Assembly: GCF_006345805.1 (NCBI RefSeq)
Contig: NC_043012.1
Span: forward strand, 744,001-808,000
DNA: 64,000 nt
Reading direction: 5' to 3'
DNA from: Octopus sinensis
Lineage: Eukaryota
A program made the translations under genes and the position numbers. Below the pieces are notes generated by a model. That model ran no database searches. It had not been told where the DNA came from and saw nothing but the letters and a program-made list of their open reading frames with translations. Positions 11,430 to 24,517 of the stretch are shown piece by piece. Position 1 is the stretch's first letter. Every line of letters begins with the position of its first letter.

Positions 11430-11890
11430 CAAATCAAAAATCAAAATCAAAATCAAATTCGATGAGTGGTGTTCGTGCTAGAGGGGTGCAAAGAGCACCA
11501 TACGAGTGTTACCATTAACAGAATGGCTAACCGGCTTCTGTGCCAGTAGCACTGAAAAGGCACCATTTGAGCATGATCATTACCAGCGTCACCTTAAAGA
11601 GCACCATTCGAGCGTGATCGTTACCAGCATCGCCTTACTGGCACCTGTGCCGGTGGCATATGTAAAAACATTCGAGCGAGGTCGTTGCCAGTACCGCCTG
11701 ACTGGCCCCATGCTGGTGGCACGTAAAAGCACCCACTACACTCTCGGAGTGGTTGGCATTAGGAAGGGCATCCAGCTGTAGAAATTCTGCCAGATCAAGA
11801 TTGAAGCCTGGTGCAGCCATCTGGTTCGCCAGCCCTCAGTCATTCGTCCAACCCATGCTAGCATGGAAAGCGGACATTAAATGATGATTC
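11430..11890 (+). mobile_element. Family C RTE 3' end, sense orientation
   Basis: ...GGCACGTAAAAGCACCCACTACACTCTCGGAGTGGTTGGCATTAGGAAGGGCATCC...GGAAAGCGGACATTAAATGATGAT. Confidence 0.8.
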
Positions 11891-12752
11891 ATTCAGGTAT
11901 AGACAGACGTGGCTGCATGGTTTAGAAGTTCACTTTGCAACTATGTGGTTTAAGGTTCCATACCTCTGAGTGGCACTTTACTGAATGGTGATATCCTTCC
12001 CTGTCTTTTTACATGGGTGATCCCTCTGATGTATTCACCATAGTTGTGTGCATGAAAGAGACCTTGTCCCAATTTTGTTGCCATAGCCAATACAAATAGG
12101 TTTTAAGTTGGATGGTGCCAGGTATCCTGGGGATTCGTCCAATAGCCCATCAATCAACTCATCCAGATATGTCGATGTAGACTTATCCTAACCCCCTAGC
12201 TGCACTAGCATAGCTGGGGAGCAGGAGAGGTTCGCCTCAGACAGCACTTTTAAAGGAGCACCAATTCTGGATCTGCTGTAGGCAATATGTATTTTTTGTA
12301 GGGCAGCACACACTCTAGCTACGCTAGTGCCTAGATACCATCCAGTCAGGACTAGAGCAACTATTGACCGAATCCTGACTGACTCCAGCTGAGCAAGCTA
12401 TGAGAGTTTTCATAATCAAGGGCCTGAAAAATAAGTTGACTAAATCGGACATTTCACTTATCACTTGGTGAGTCAAAGCAGCTCAAAACAGAAAATGTTG
12501 CAAGTAAAACAAAATAATGGTCAGATCAACACCTGAGATAGTTCTGACTATAGCTGTCCTCCAGAATGAGCATTTCAAAAAATTCCATGATGACCCACCC
12601 ATGTCTTTTTATTGATCCTCAGGGATGTCATTCGATGTCTGCATTGTTTCCAGTGACACAGGAAATGACACAGAATGGTTCAATTCATGGTCAAATCTGG
12701 GACTTTTCACATTGGTAGTTTACCCACGTGTGGAAGGATAAATTTGGCATGG

Positions 12753-12928
12753 TTCATTATCATTGTTCGACCATGGTCGAGACAATGGAATTTACCATGC
12801 TACGCCAGACTTCACGGTCCATCATGGCATTACGGAGGTCCTGTTGCTGGATGCCTGTATCCCTGGAGATTACATCAAGGTAGGAGAGTGTGCACCCTCT
12901 GGTATTGCGAGTAGATGGCTTCCAGAGG
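12753..12928 (-). mobile_element. C-terminal end of a second RTE-like LINE ORF
   Basis: Minus frame LSYLDVISRDTGIQQQDLRNAMMDREVWRSMVNSIVSTMVEQ* (stop at 12760-62); DRxxWR C-terminal motif typical of RTE-type ORFs. Confidence 0.55.
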
Positions 12929-13284
12929 CATGGTTTCTTCTACTTGACATCTACCCGACATGTCTCAACGCCTGTTAAGAGAGTGATTCCTTTCACTAAA
13001 CCCTCAGGGTGCTTTTAGCAGAACCTTGTTCTGTTGTAACCAGATGGTCTTGAAGGTGCCATAATGGTTTATAGGTACTGCCTTCTTTCCTCAATAAAAA
13101 GTAGGTTACAAAAAGACACAAAAAAAATGAAAAGGTTACAAAAACAGAAAACACAAAAGTGAGAACGATAATGATGATACAATCATGCTGACAATGATAA
13201 TGAAGACGACAATGATGGTGGTGGTGGTGGTTGTGAGGGTCATGGTTTTGTTGTTGATGATGATGATGATGATGACAATAAGGC

Positions 13285-13316
<32 letters not shown>

Positions 13317-13453
13317 TTGACAATGATGGTAGAGGTGATGATGAGGGTGATGAGGATGCTAGTGCAAATGCAAGAGAGTGATATTCAAAGCATTGAATCT
13401 TTACGTAATACTACTGATGATGATGATGATGATGACGACGACGACACTGGTGG

Positions 13454-13484
<31 letters not shown>

Positions 13485-13929
13485 GAGGAGGAGGGAAGGT
13501 GGGGATGATGAAGATGATGGTGATGATATTGATAATGAAGATGATAGTGATGATGTCGATGATGATGATGACAATGACGATGACGACAATAACGATGATG
13601 ATGATGGTGGTGGTGACGATGACGACGACAAAAATGGTGATGACGATGATGATGGTCGTGGTAGTGGTGGTACTAGTGGTGATGGTGCTGGTGGTGGTAA
13701 TGATAATGATGATGTTGATGAAGATGGTGGTGGTGGTGGCGGTGGTGATGATGGTCATTGCAAATTTTTACCTGGTACTTCAACAATACTAAGAGCATTT
13801 CTAATCAATCAATTTGAAGTGACAGTGAAGAGGTGAAGAGGTAGGTTTGTAATCAAAGGTAGAAGAGAGGATGGCAAACACAGTTGTGGAGATGGTGGTG
13901 GTGGTGGTGGCGGTGGTTGTGGATGTGGA

Positions 13930-14208
13930 TGGTTATCCAGCATTCACTCTCCTGTCAGTCTCTCTCTCTATATATATATACATATATGTGTGTGCGTGTG
14001 TGTGTGTATATATATAAATATATATATTATAAATAAATAAATAATTACATGCACACACACATATATATATACAAATATATAAAAGTAGGTGTATATATAT
14101 ATATATATATATATACATATATATATTTATGAATGTGTATATGAATCTATCTATCTATCTATCTATTTATATGTATATCTATATCTATGTACATATATAT
14201 ATATATCA

Positions 14209-14254
<46 letters not shown>

Positions 14255-14508
14255 GCTTGTATATATATGATATATATGTGTGTATATATATATATCTATA
14301 TATATGTATATATAATATGTATATATATAGTTGTATATATATACATATATATATATATGTATATATATATGTATGTATATATGTATATATACATGTATAT
14401 ATATGTTATATTTATATATTATGCCTATATATATGTATATATATATATTATTTATAATATATATGTATATATCATGATATATATGTATATGTATATATAT
14501 GTGTATAA

Positions 14509-14596
<88 letters not shown>

Positions 14597-14635
14597 CATA
14601 CATATATATACATATACATACATATATATATATAA
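13930..14635. repeat. Degenerate (TA)n/(TATG)n microsatellite block
   Basis: Source of the poly-YI ORFs in the track. Confidence 0.95.
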
Positions 14636-15260
14636 ATTGAAACTGTTATAAACCTTAGATTGGTTTCGTAACAGTGCGAGCGACATTTTGGTGGTTTGCC
14701 ATGATGAATAAATGATGTTTTCATGGCACAGAATGTAGATCAACGCCACTGCTCCTGGCACCATCAGCTTCAACATTATCATCTACTTCATCATTATCTT
14801 TACCAACTTTATCATCATCATCATCATTCACCTTAATCATCATTATCGTTACTGTAATCATCCACTCAATCATTATCTTCCATCGGTATCAGCAATTCAC
14901 TGCATCAGGGTCATATGTGTGCGTGTGCATGTGTGCGTGTGCATGTGTGTGTGTGTGTGTGTGTGTGTGAGGATTCTGTTATTCCTTTATTGTTTTATTT
15001 GTTTCAGTCATTTGACTGTGGCCATACTGGAGCACTGCCTTAAAAGGTTTTTGTTGAAAAAAAATCAACCCCAGAATGTATTCTTTGTAAGCCTAGTACT
15101 TATTCTATCGGACTTTTTTGCCGAACTGCTACAGGGACCTGAACACACCACAGCATCAGTTGTCAAGTGATGGAAGGGGCACAAAGACAGACAGACAGAC
15201 ACACACACACATATCTATCTATCTATCTATCTCTCTCTCTCTATATATATATATATAGAT

Positions 15261-15708
15261 AGATTCAGATGAATATGGAACTTAAGTTTGAGGCACCAGA
15301 ATTTAGTATGGTATTATCCATACAATTTCAAAATAAGGTGATTAAAATCAAACTAAGCAACAAGGATATCCAGACGTAATGCTGTACGATCGTTTCATGC
15401 AACTCTATTTAATTGAACAATGCAATCATTACATCAATTTAAAGTGCAGAGCAATCCTCAGCTGCACAAAGACATAGAATTTAATTAAATTAGAACAGAT
15501 GGCCACATTAGTATAATTATAGATACTTTAAATTGATGTAATGATTGCATTGTTCAATTAAATAGAGTTACATGAAACGATCGTACTGCATTACCTCTGG
15601 ATATCCTTGTTGCTTATTTTGATTTTAATCACCTTATTTTGAAATTGTATGGATAATACCGTACTAAATTCTGGTGCCTCAACTTAAGTACCATATTCAT
15701 CTGAATCT
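15261..15708. mobile_element. Foldback element with about 185-bp inverted arms and a 79-bp spacer, set in microsatellite
   Basis: 15261-15445 is the reverse complement of 15525-15708 with scattered mismatches. The spacer carries a truncated hammerhead-like GTGCAG-CTGAGGA-TTGCT-CTGCAC on the minus strand (15444-15467). Confidence 0.8.
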
Positions 15709-15909
15709 ATCTATCTATCTATCTATCTTTTTTTTTAATCTTATTTTATCCACCCCTTTGTTTTGTCCTCTTTCTTTCCATTTACGATCCCTTTTGATCG
15801 AAAACTAAACCCCCTTCTTTTACCCCCAACAGAAAAGCTCTACCTTGTAATTTTGTCCTGTCTGTGTGCAGCCCTGTGTGGCTAATAAAGAAACATATCT
15901 ATCTATCTA

Positions 15910-16022
<113 letters not shown>

Positions 16023-16739
16023 TGAAATCCATCAATGACTTTTGGGACACCCTGTATATTGACTATATTAATTATAATGTATTCAGCTCTATTGATAATA
16101 TAGAGCTTTCTCCTTTCATTTTTGACACTCTACAGAAACTTTTAACACTACTTAGATATATGTGCATGTGTGCGTGCATGTGTGCGTGCATTTGTGTGGT
16201 GAGAGAGAGAGAGAGAGAGAAGCAGGGTTAAAGAGATGTCTCTATTGTCACACTTCCCGCTGTCCATTTCTTCACGACACATGCAAAATGCAATGCGCTG
16301 CGTGCAGAGTGCAACATGGTTCTTGTCAGACAGAAAGATACAAAAGCAAAACATAACTAGGAAGATGGCTCTGCAGACGACACTTTGTCATTCAGCTAAT
16401 TGCCTTCATACCTAAGGACTGCCGGATCAAAGCTAACCAAAAACCAATACCCACCCACTCACCGCACCCAACAACAACTACAGCAGCAACAGCAACTGCA
16501 ACCACATTAACAAATGTCACCCAAACTACAGTTAAAATGTCTAGAACTAAATATTACAATTAATAACTAACTTCTCTTTTCTTTGATACCCTAATTGCTG
16601 TCAATTCTTTCTGTGACACACCAATTTACTTACTTTCTGTCTCAAGTAGACTTCTGATTCTTTGTTTTTAAATTTTTGTAATTTTTGCAATTTTTGTAAA
16701 TTTTGAAATTTTTTTCAATTTAAAAAATATTTTTTGGGG

Positions 16740-16852
16740 AAATTTTTGTAATTTTTGTAATTTTTGTAATTTTTGTAATTTTTGTAATTTTTGTAATTTT
16801 TGTAATTTTTGTAATTTTTGTAATTTTTGTAATTTTTGTAATTTTTGTAATT
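16740..16852. repeat. 9-bp tandem repeat (ATTTTTGTA)n
   Basis: About 12 near-perfect units. Confidence 0.9.
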
Positions 16853-18127
16853 TTCCTTTATTTTTTTATTTACGATATGCAATTTTCCAAAATATATATT
16901 TTAATGTTCATATACATCATAGCATGTTTTGCTTGTTAATTAATGAGGTATTCAGGTGATTATTGCTGTTGTTGTTGTTGTTGTTGTCATTGCAGTCGTC
17001 ATTAGAGTTATTGTTGTCTATGATGCTCATGGTGATGACGATGATGATGATGATGATGTTGATGATGATGATGATGATGAATAGTGAAGATGGGGATGGG
17101 GATGCTGGTGTTAATAGTGATGGTTTGATGGTTGTTGGTTGTGGTGGTGGTGATGGCAGTGGCCAAGATGAAGATGAGAAGGAGAGTGCTTGGGATTGCG
17201 ATAGTAGTGGTGCTGGTGACAGTGGTGGTTGTGGTGGTGGTGATCGTTGTGGTGATGATGGTGGTGGTGGTGGTGATGGTGGTAGTGTAGTGGTGGTGGT
17301 AGTGATGATGTTGATAATAGACAATGAGGATAAAAGGCATTGTGATGTTGTTGTTGTTGTTGTTGTTGGTGGCGGCGGCTTTGGTGGTGATTGTGATGAT
17401 GGTGGTGGTGGTGGTGATAATGATGAGGAGCATGTTCATGCTGAGGATGATGATTATAATGAAGAGGAGGAGGTGGAGACGGTTGAGGAGGAGGAGAAGG
17501 TGGTGGAGGAGGATGAGGAGGAGGAGGAGGAGGAGGAGGAGGCAGAGGAGAAGGTTGAGGAGGAGGAGAAGACGGAGGAGGAAGAGGAGGAGAAGTTCAA
17601 CAACAGTGGTAGCCTGTGTTTGATTTTTGGCTTTCATTCTTTCATGGAGCTAGCTTTAAATTTCTGCTTCACTTCTTCTGTTGCCCATTAGAGAAAACAA
17701 AAGCCCACATCACACATACAAGGTCTGATCAAAAAACATCGGAACTGGTGCTATAAAAAGAAAACTACCACAATACATATCAATTTGGCATTTAATCTCC
17801 TTCAAAGGAGTCCCCTTCAGAAGCCAAACATTTTAATCAGCATTGTTTCCATTGATGGGAGCATTTCCGGATCTCCTTTCTTGGATAGTAGAGCAGCTGC
17901 CTCGTTGTCTTTCCCTTGAGTTTCCTTGACAACTTGACATGTTCCTTTTATGTAAGATTTGATTTCTACTTGGGTTTTAGAATTTTAGCCGTGGACCCAT
18001 GACTCATCGCCTGCTGTGACCATTTTCAAAAAGTTTCTGTCTTCTATGACACAGGAAAGGAGATCCTATGCGGCTGAAGCCCAATCTTCTTTTCGAGATG
18101 ACCGCACTTTACACACTTTACTTCCAA

Positions 18128-18548
18128 GCAGGAGTGACTGTGTGGTAAGTAGCTTGCTTACCAACCACATGGTTCCGGGTTCAGTCCCACTGCATGGCGC
18201 CTTGGGCAAGTGTCTTTTACTATAGCCTCAGGCTGATCAAAGCCTTATGAGTGGATTTGGTAGATGGAAACTGAAAGAAGCCCGTCATATATATGTATAT
18301 GTATATATATATATATGTGTGTGTGTGTGTTTGGGTGCCTGTGTTTGTCCTCCCAACATCGCTTGACAACCGATGCTGGTGTGTTTACATCCTCATAACT
18401 TAGCGGTTCAGCAAAAGAGACTGATAGAATAAGTACTATAGGCTTACAAAGAATAGGTCTTAGGGTCGATTTTCTCGACTAAAGGTGGTGCTCCAGCATG
18501 GCCACAGTCAAATGACTGAAACAAGTAAAAGAGTAAAAAGAAAGAGTA
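18128..18548 (+). mobile_element. SINE family A, full length, inside mariner
   Basis: Head, internal TA/TG tract, tail GAAACAAGTAAAAGAGTA. Confidence 0.88.
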
Positions 18549-18668
18549 AGCACTGCTATAAACAACAGAGTGAGCAAGAGAGTTATAACTTAGCAACAGA
18601 GTTCAAGGTCAATATGTGCCAAGTGGCTTCACTCTGCATTGCTTTATCTTCATTACCATAGCAACAGT

Positions 18669-19087
18669 AAGGTGGCAAGCTGGCAGAATCTTTAGCATGC
18701 CGGGTGAAATGCTTAGCAATATTTCATCTGCCTTAAAGGCGTTCTGAGTTCAAATTCCACCGAGGTCGACTTTGCCTTTCATCCTTTCGTGGTCAATAAA
18801 TTAAGTACCAGTAAAATACTGAGGTCAGTATAATTGACTAATCCCTCCTCTCCCAACATTTCAGGCCTTGTGCCTATAACAGAAAGGATTATTGTTAGTT
18901 TGCTGGATGGAACGCTTAGAAGTATTTCGCCAGTCGCATTGTTGTGAGTTCAAATTCTGCTGAGGTTGAATTTGTCTTTCATCTTTTCAGGGTCGATAAA
19001 TTAAGTACCAGTAAAACACTGGGGTGAGTATAATCCCTTATCATCTTCCTCTAAATTGCAGGCCTTGTGCCTATAGTAGAAAGGATT
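18669..19087 (+). mobile_element. Two tandem SINE family B copies inside the mariner terminal region
   Basis: Two GAGTTCAAATT...CATCCTTTC/CATCTTTTC...AAGTACCAG...GCCTTGTGCCTATA units. Confidence 0.82.
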
Positions 19088-19382
19088 ACCATAGAAACGG
19101 ACCTAATACTTTTTGATCATGCCTTGTATGTGCTTATGATAACAGTGGTGGTAATAGTGGTTGTAATAGTGGTTGTAACGGTAGTAGTAGAGGTGGTTGT
19201 AGTGATATTTGTGGTAGTGGTGGTGGTGGTGGTCGTGGGTAGTGTTTGTGATTGTAGTAATTGTTGTAACGGTAGTGGAAGTAGTGGTGATAGTGTTGGT
19301 AGTGGTAATGTGGTGGTGGTGGTGGTGGTGGTGAGAAGTTATCAAAAGAACAAAATTAAGTTTTTGGGGGTCCAAAGAAATT

Positions 19383-20231
19383 CATCATCATCATCATCAT
19401 CATCGTTTAGCGTCCGCTTTCCATGCTAGCATGGGTTGGACGGGTCAACTGGGGTCTGTGAAGCTGGAAGGCTTCGTCAGGCCCAGTCAGATCTGGCAGT
19501 GTTTCTACGGCTGGATGCCCTTCCTAACGCCAACCACTCCGCAAGTGTAGTGGGTGTTTTTTACGTGCCACCTGCACAGGTGCCAGACAGAGCTGGCGAA
19601 CGGCCATGAACGGATGGTGCTTTTACGTGTCACCGGCATGGGGCCAGGCGATGCTGGCAACGGACACGAACGGATGGTGCTTTTACGTGCCACCGACACG
19701 GGGCCAGACAGAGCTGGCAACCGGCCACGAGCGGACGGTGCTTTTACGTATCACCGGCACGGGGGCCAGCCGAGCCTGGCAACGGACACGGACGGATGGT
19801 GCTTTTACGTGCCACCGACACGGGGCCAGACAGAGCTGGCAAACGGCCACGAACGGATGGTGCTTTTACGTGCCACCGACACGGGGCCAGACAGAGCTGG
19901 CAAACGGCCACGAACGGACGGTGCTTTTACGTGTCACCGGCACGGGGCCAGGCGAGGCTGGCAACGAACACGAACGGATGGTGCTTTTACGTGCCACCGA
20001 CACGGGGCCAAGCAGAGCTGGCAAACGGCCATGAGCGAATGGTGCTTTTACGTATCACCGGCACGGGTGCCAGACGAGGCTGACAGCGGACACGAACGGA
20101 TGGGTCACTTAACCCCTGCTTTCTGATATATGATTTGATTTTGATTGTTCTCACTGGTCTTGCCGGGTCTTCTCACGCACAGCATACTTCCATAGGTCTC
20201 GGTCTCTGGTCATTTCCTTGGTGAGACCTAA
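19383..20231 (-). mobile_element. Family C RTE 3' end including the ORF C-terminus and an expanded 60/61-bp tandem array
   Basis: 20151-20231 minus reads LGLTKEMTRDRDLWKYAVREKTRQDQ*, then the UTR with about 9 tandem units (19552-20103), then the common family C end and (GAT)n tail. Confidence 0.88.
19552..20103. repeat. Minisatellite of 60/61-bp units in two alternating variants
   Basis: Unit GAACGGATGGTGCTTTTACGTG(C/T)CACCG(A/G)CACGGGGCCAG(ACAGAGCT/GCGAGGCT)GGCAA(A)CGG(C/A)CAC, no unique spacers. Confidence 0.92.
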
Positions 20232-20519
20232 TTATTAAATTAAGACTGATTAAAGTTTAGTTTGATTTTGTTGCATAATAAGTGAGAATACACACTGGAT
20301 AATAGATTCCAAGGTAAACAATACCTGAAAAGAGAAAGGGTGATGTTTAAGGCTGGAATATTTGTCATCATGTGTCCGTTTGATCAATGCCTATGAGAAT
20401 AACGATGATGTCCATAATGTTAATTGCGATGTTAATGCGGTCAATGACCAAAAGTCTAAATGTTAATTAACACTAACAACAATAACAACATTCACAACAA
20501 CAACAACAACAACATTCGC

Positions 20520-21050
20520 AATAATAACTCAAACACACACGTACACAGAAACACAAACACATGCACGCACACACACACACAGAGGTGCACACACACATAC
20601 ACACACATGCATACACACAGAAAAACAAACACATACAGAAACACAAACACACACAAACACAAGCACACACACACAAACACACACAAATAAACACAGACAC
20701 ATACAAACACACATGCAAACACAAACACACATGCAAACACAAACACAATCACACACACACAAATACACACACACACAAATACACACACAAATACACATGC
20801 ACACATACAAACAAACACACACACACAAATACACACACACACACCAACACACAGACACACACAAATACACACACACACAAACACACACGCACACATTCAA
20901 ACAAACACACACACACAAACACACATGCAAATACAAACGCACACACACAAATACGCACACACAAAAATACACACGCACACATACAAACAAACACACACAA
21001 ACACACACACACGAACACACACACACACAAACACACATACAAACACATTC
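20520..21050. repeat. Degenerate (CA)n-derived low-complexity block
   Basis: CACA/CAAA mosaic; source of the H/T and C/V ORFs. Confidence 0.92.
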
Positions 21051-21309
21051 ACATATCTTTGTTTTTTACTTTTTATTTTTTACTTGTTTCATTCACTGCA
21101 CTGTGGCCATGCTGGAACAACACCTTGTAGGATTTCAATCAAACAAATCAGACCCAGGAATTGTTTTTGTCTTTTAATTCTGATACGTATTGTATCAGTC
21201 TCTTTTGTGAAACTGCTAAGTCAAAGAGACATAAACAAACCAATGCCAGTTGTTGCCAAGCAATGATAGGGGACCAACACAAGCACAAAGATGCACACAC
21301 ACTCAAATA

Positions 21310-21343
<34 letters not shown>

Positions 21344-21829
21344 CATACATATATACATACAGTGTACATTTAAACACATAAGAGGTATCCTTCATGGGAT
21401 TCCTTCCTCGCTAGAAGGAACAGCTAAAGTCCAAACAACGAATTAGGGATAAAAAACTTGAAGGGAATGAAAAATAAAAACACTTACCATCTATTTCCTG
21501 GAGCATGGTTTCTAATTTTTTTTAGCAAATATAATAATTTGTTAGGCGAAGAAATGCCGGTAGTCTTTTTTGCTGCTGACAAAAAACTGCGCTTGCACGG
21601 TGGATTTGAAAAATTATTATGCATAAGCAAGAGGCACATGCTGGATTTGCCTAGTACTTATATTTTTGATCTTGGCATACATGTTGATGAAGCCTTAGTA
21701 TTTAAGCATTCATTATTGGTGTTATAAATTCAGGGATACATTTTTCTTTTCCTATGAATCAAATGGGTATGTGCTATGCATGTAAATCTACTTAATTAAA
21801 AAATCAAGCAGAAGTTCATGGGAGTATAA

Positions 21830-22199
21830 TCTTTATATATAAAAGTAAGTTTGTGTGCTGTCTGTCTCCTACATTTTGCGATGCAGTTTAACCAAAACCG
21901 GGTATCTTATAGTCGTGATTCATTTCGAGCCCTTCTGGGTATTAGCGCACGTCTACGATGAGTCTACGATTTAAAAAAAAAATTACCATCAATTTTTCCC
22001 ATTTTTAATGCATTTTTGGCATATATAAGGGAAGTAACTCTCTAAAAATTTATTATTAAATCTCAGAACGTAAAAAGCTACAGTAACACCCTCCCTTGTG
22101 GTTAGCCATATTGAGATGGCTATTATACTTTACATCTCTAAAAATGCTTATATAGTTATTTCCCTTACAAACCCGAGCAACGCCGGGCGATACTGCTAG
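21830..22199 (+). mobile_element. Non-autonomous Helitron-like element
   Basis: A|TC start (TCTTTATATATAAAAG), subterminal GC hairpin CCCGAGCAACGCCGGG, CTAG|T end, no TSD; second copy at 60610-60906. Confidence 0.78.
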
Positions 22200-22279
22200 T
22201 ATACTTATAAAGCAAAATATACATATAGTCGCTATCCAAAAACTTACCAAAATTAGAGGTGTGGTAGTGTTGGTAGGTG

Positions 22280-22575
22280 TTGGCCCATGCTTGAAATTTT
22301 GAAGTATGAATTGTTTTTTTGAACATGCAAGAAAAGTTTTCCTCCTTAGTATTTAAACATTCATTATTGATGTTATAATATATAATTTTTCCATGATACA
22401 GAAACCATACTTGCTGCATCATCATCCTATATTTGTTGACCTTACCTATGATTCTATAGTTTATATGGAGGTTGTTCATGATCCCTTCTTTAAGTGACCA
22501 TATCATATTAGATAAAGATGTTGTATGTCTTTTACTTTTGTCTCTAAACCAGGCCAAATGTTGGATATACCTCAC
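22280..22575 (-). mobile_element. Penelope-like element fragment: C-terminal part of the GIY-YIG endonuclease region
   Basis: RYIQHLAWFRDKSKRHTTSLSNMIWSLKE...INYRIIGKVNKY...ECLNTKEENFSCM matches the PLE pattern RYxxH..F....TxLSxxIWxLK....LNxRxE. A 35-bp near-duplicate (21693-21727 vs 22344-22378) suggests a second piece left of the Helitron. Confidence 0.7.
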
Positions 22576-23501
22576 CATGAATGTGCATTGTTAGTAACAA
22601 CATCAGTAACAGTAGTAATAATGCCACTGATGCAAACAATGACAACACCAACAACAATAACAACAAATGTAACTGAACCGAAATTCAACAGCTACGATCA
22701 CAAAGCTACAATGACAAGAGTAGAAGTGCTAACAGTAAAGATAGAACACAAATACAATAACAATAGTACCACTTTCACCACCATCATCAACAACAACACA
22801 ACGCTATTGCCACCCATCACCACCAACCACCACCGCTGCCGTCACAACACCTCCACCATTTTCACCACCACCACAACAAATACCAATACCACCAAAACAA
22901 CAACACCAGAACCACCACCATCACCACCATCAGCAACATCGCCAACAACACCAACACTACCAGTGCATTACTGCAAATGACAACAAAAGCCACTGTTTAA
23001 TTAGATTTCCAATTAGAAAATTATTGCAGGATTTACAAGGAAAATTACTTAATAATTAAATTATAAAGTTTTCTTCTTTTTTTATTTTTTACCAGGAAGT
23101 GTCTCTGAGAGTTTTTCTTACTTGAACTGATTATACAGGAATGTAATTATAATTGGAAAAGTTCATTAGTTATCTACGTTGGATCAATATCAATTTCACA
23201 TTGGAAGCAGGAACAGGGCAAGATGACAATGAACATATTTTTGCTAATGGGGGATGTGAAGCTGCTTCTTAAAACCTATTTTTATTTGGTGTTGGATGGT
23301 AGTGGTAAGTTTTCCTTTCCCAAGATTGATTCCGTCGCGGTTTTGGTAAATCCTCTTTTAATGATTCCTGATTTTTAAATTTTATCATGTAAAAAAAGCT
23401 CTTGGGCTGGTGCCACATGAAATGCACCCAGTCACACATAGTAAAGTGGTTGACAGTAGAAAGGGCATCCAGTTGTAGAAACCATGTCAAAACAGACAAA
23501 T

Positions 23502-23908
23502 GCGCAGGAGTGGCTGTGTGGTAAGTAGCTTGCTAACCAAGCACATGGTTCCCGGTTCAGTCCCACTGCGTGGCATCTTGGGCAAGTGTCTTCTGCTATA
23601 GCCCCGGGCTGACCAATGCCTTGTGAGTGGATTTGGTAGACGGAAACTGAAAGAAGCCTGTCGTATATATGTATATATATATATATGTATCTGTGTGTTT
23701 GTGTGTCTGTGTTTGTCCCCCTAGCATTGCCTGACAACCGATGCTGGTGTGTTTATGTCCCCGTCACTTAGCGGTTCGGCAAAAGAGACCGATAGAATAA
23801 GTACTGGGCTTACAAAGAATAAGTCCCGGGGTCGATTTGCTCGACTAAAGGTGGTGCTCCAGCATGGCCGCAGTCAAATGACTGAAACAAGTAAAAGAGT
23901 AAAGAGTA
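23502..23908 (+). mobile_element. SINE family A, full length
   Basis: Complete head, core and tail. Confidence 0.9.
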
Positions 23909-24285
23909 AATGGATCTTGGTGCAGCTCTTGTCAAACCGCTCAACCCTTTGCCAGATTAGAAAATGGACAATAAATGATGATGAAGGTCAGTTTGGGTGG
24001 TGTTTGTAAGGTGAATTGCAATATTACATGGTAGCAAAACATTGGTATTAAATATTGAAAAGGTGTAAAGTCTGGAGAGAAATTAAGCAAGTATGTACAT
24101 GTATGTACAAATGCATACACACACATGCACATAAGCACACTCACACATATATACATAAATATATATATATACACACACACACACACATATATATATACTA
24201 TATATATATATATACACACAAACACACACACACAAGCACACACACACATATATACATACATATGTACATATATATATATATATAC

Positions 24286-24318
<33 letters not shown>

Positions 24319-24517
24319 TATATATATATATATACTATATACATATATATATATATATACATATATGCACACAAACACACACACACGCACATATGTATAC
24401 ATACACACAGTCTTACAAAGAATAAATCCTGGGGTCAATTTGCTCTACTAAAAGCGTTGCTCCAGCATGGCCACAGTCAAATGACTGAAACAAGTAAAGA
24501 ATATATATATATAAATA

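Larger units (their letters stand above)
17719..19126 (-). mobile_element. Internally deleted mariner element with both TIRs and three nested SINEs
   Basis: TA|CAAGGTCTGATCAAAAAAC at left; TACTTTTTGATCATGCCTTG|TA at right. Minus frames DLLSCVIEDRNFLKMVTAGDESWVHG and KCSHQWKQC*LKCLASEGDSFEGD*. SINE A inserted with AAGCA duplication; SINE B pair inserted with TTACCATAG duplication. Confidence 0.8.

Noticed and set aside
11990-12750. Higher-complexity segment that might be coding or a transposase relic
   Set aside because: All frames are interrupted and I found no convincing motif; probably old repeat debris, left unannotated.
14129-14782. YI-, HT- and CV-repeat ORFs here and at 20492-21177, 37184-37833, 49606-50190, 56421-56960 and 61140-61991
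   Set aside because: Dinucleotide (TA)n/(CA)n repeats lack stop codons in most frames; not coding evidence.
16220-16420. CpG-retaining, Cys-rich-looking segment (possible exon or piggyBac C-terminal domain)
   Set aside because: Cys spacing does not fit a known finger, and no consistent acceptor/donor pair with an open frame was found.
19552-20103. Regular array that superficially resembles a CRISPR locus
   Set aside because: Units are contiguous 60/61-bp repeats with no unique spacers, lie in a LINE 3' UTR, and have no cas genes nearby in eukaryotic DNA.
23095-23140. Strong plus-strand acceptor TTTTTATTTTTTACCAG
   Set aside because: All three downstream frames stop within 12 codons and no good donor follows; T-rich tracts are common here.
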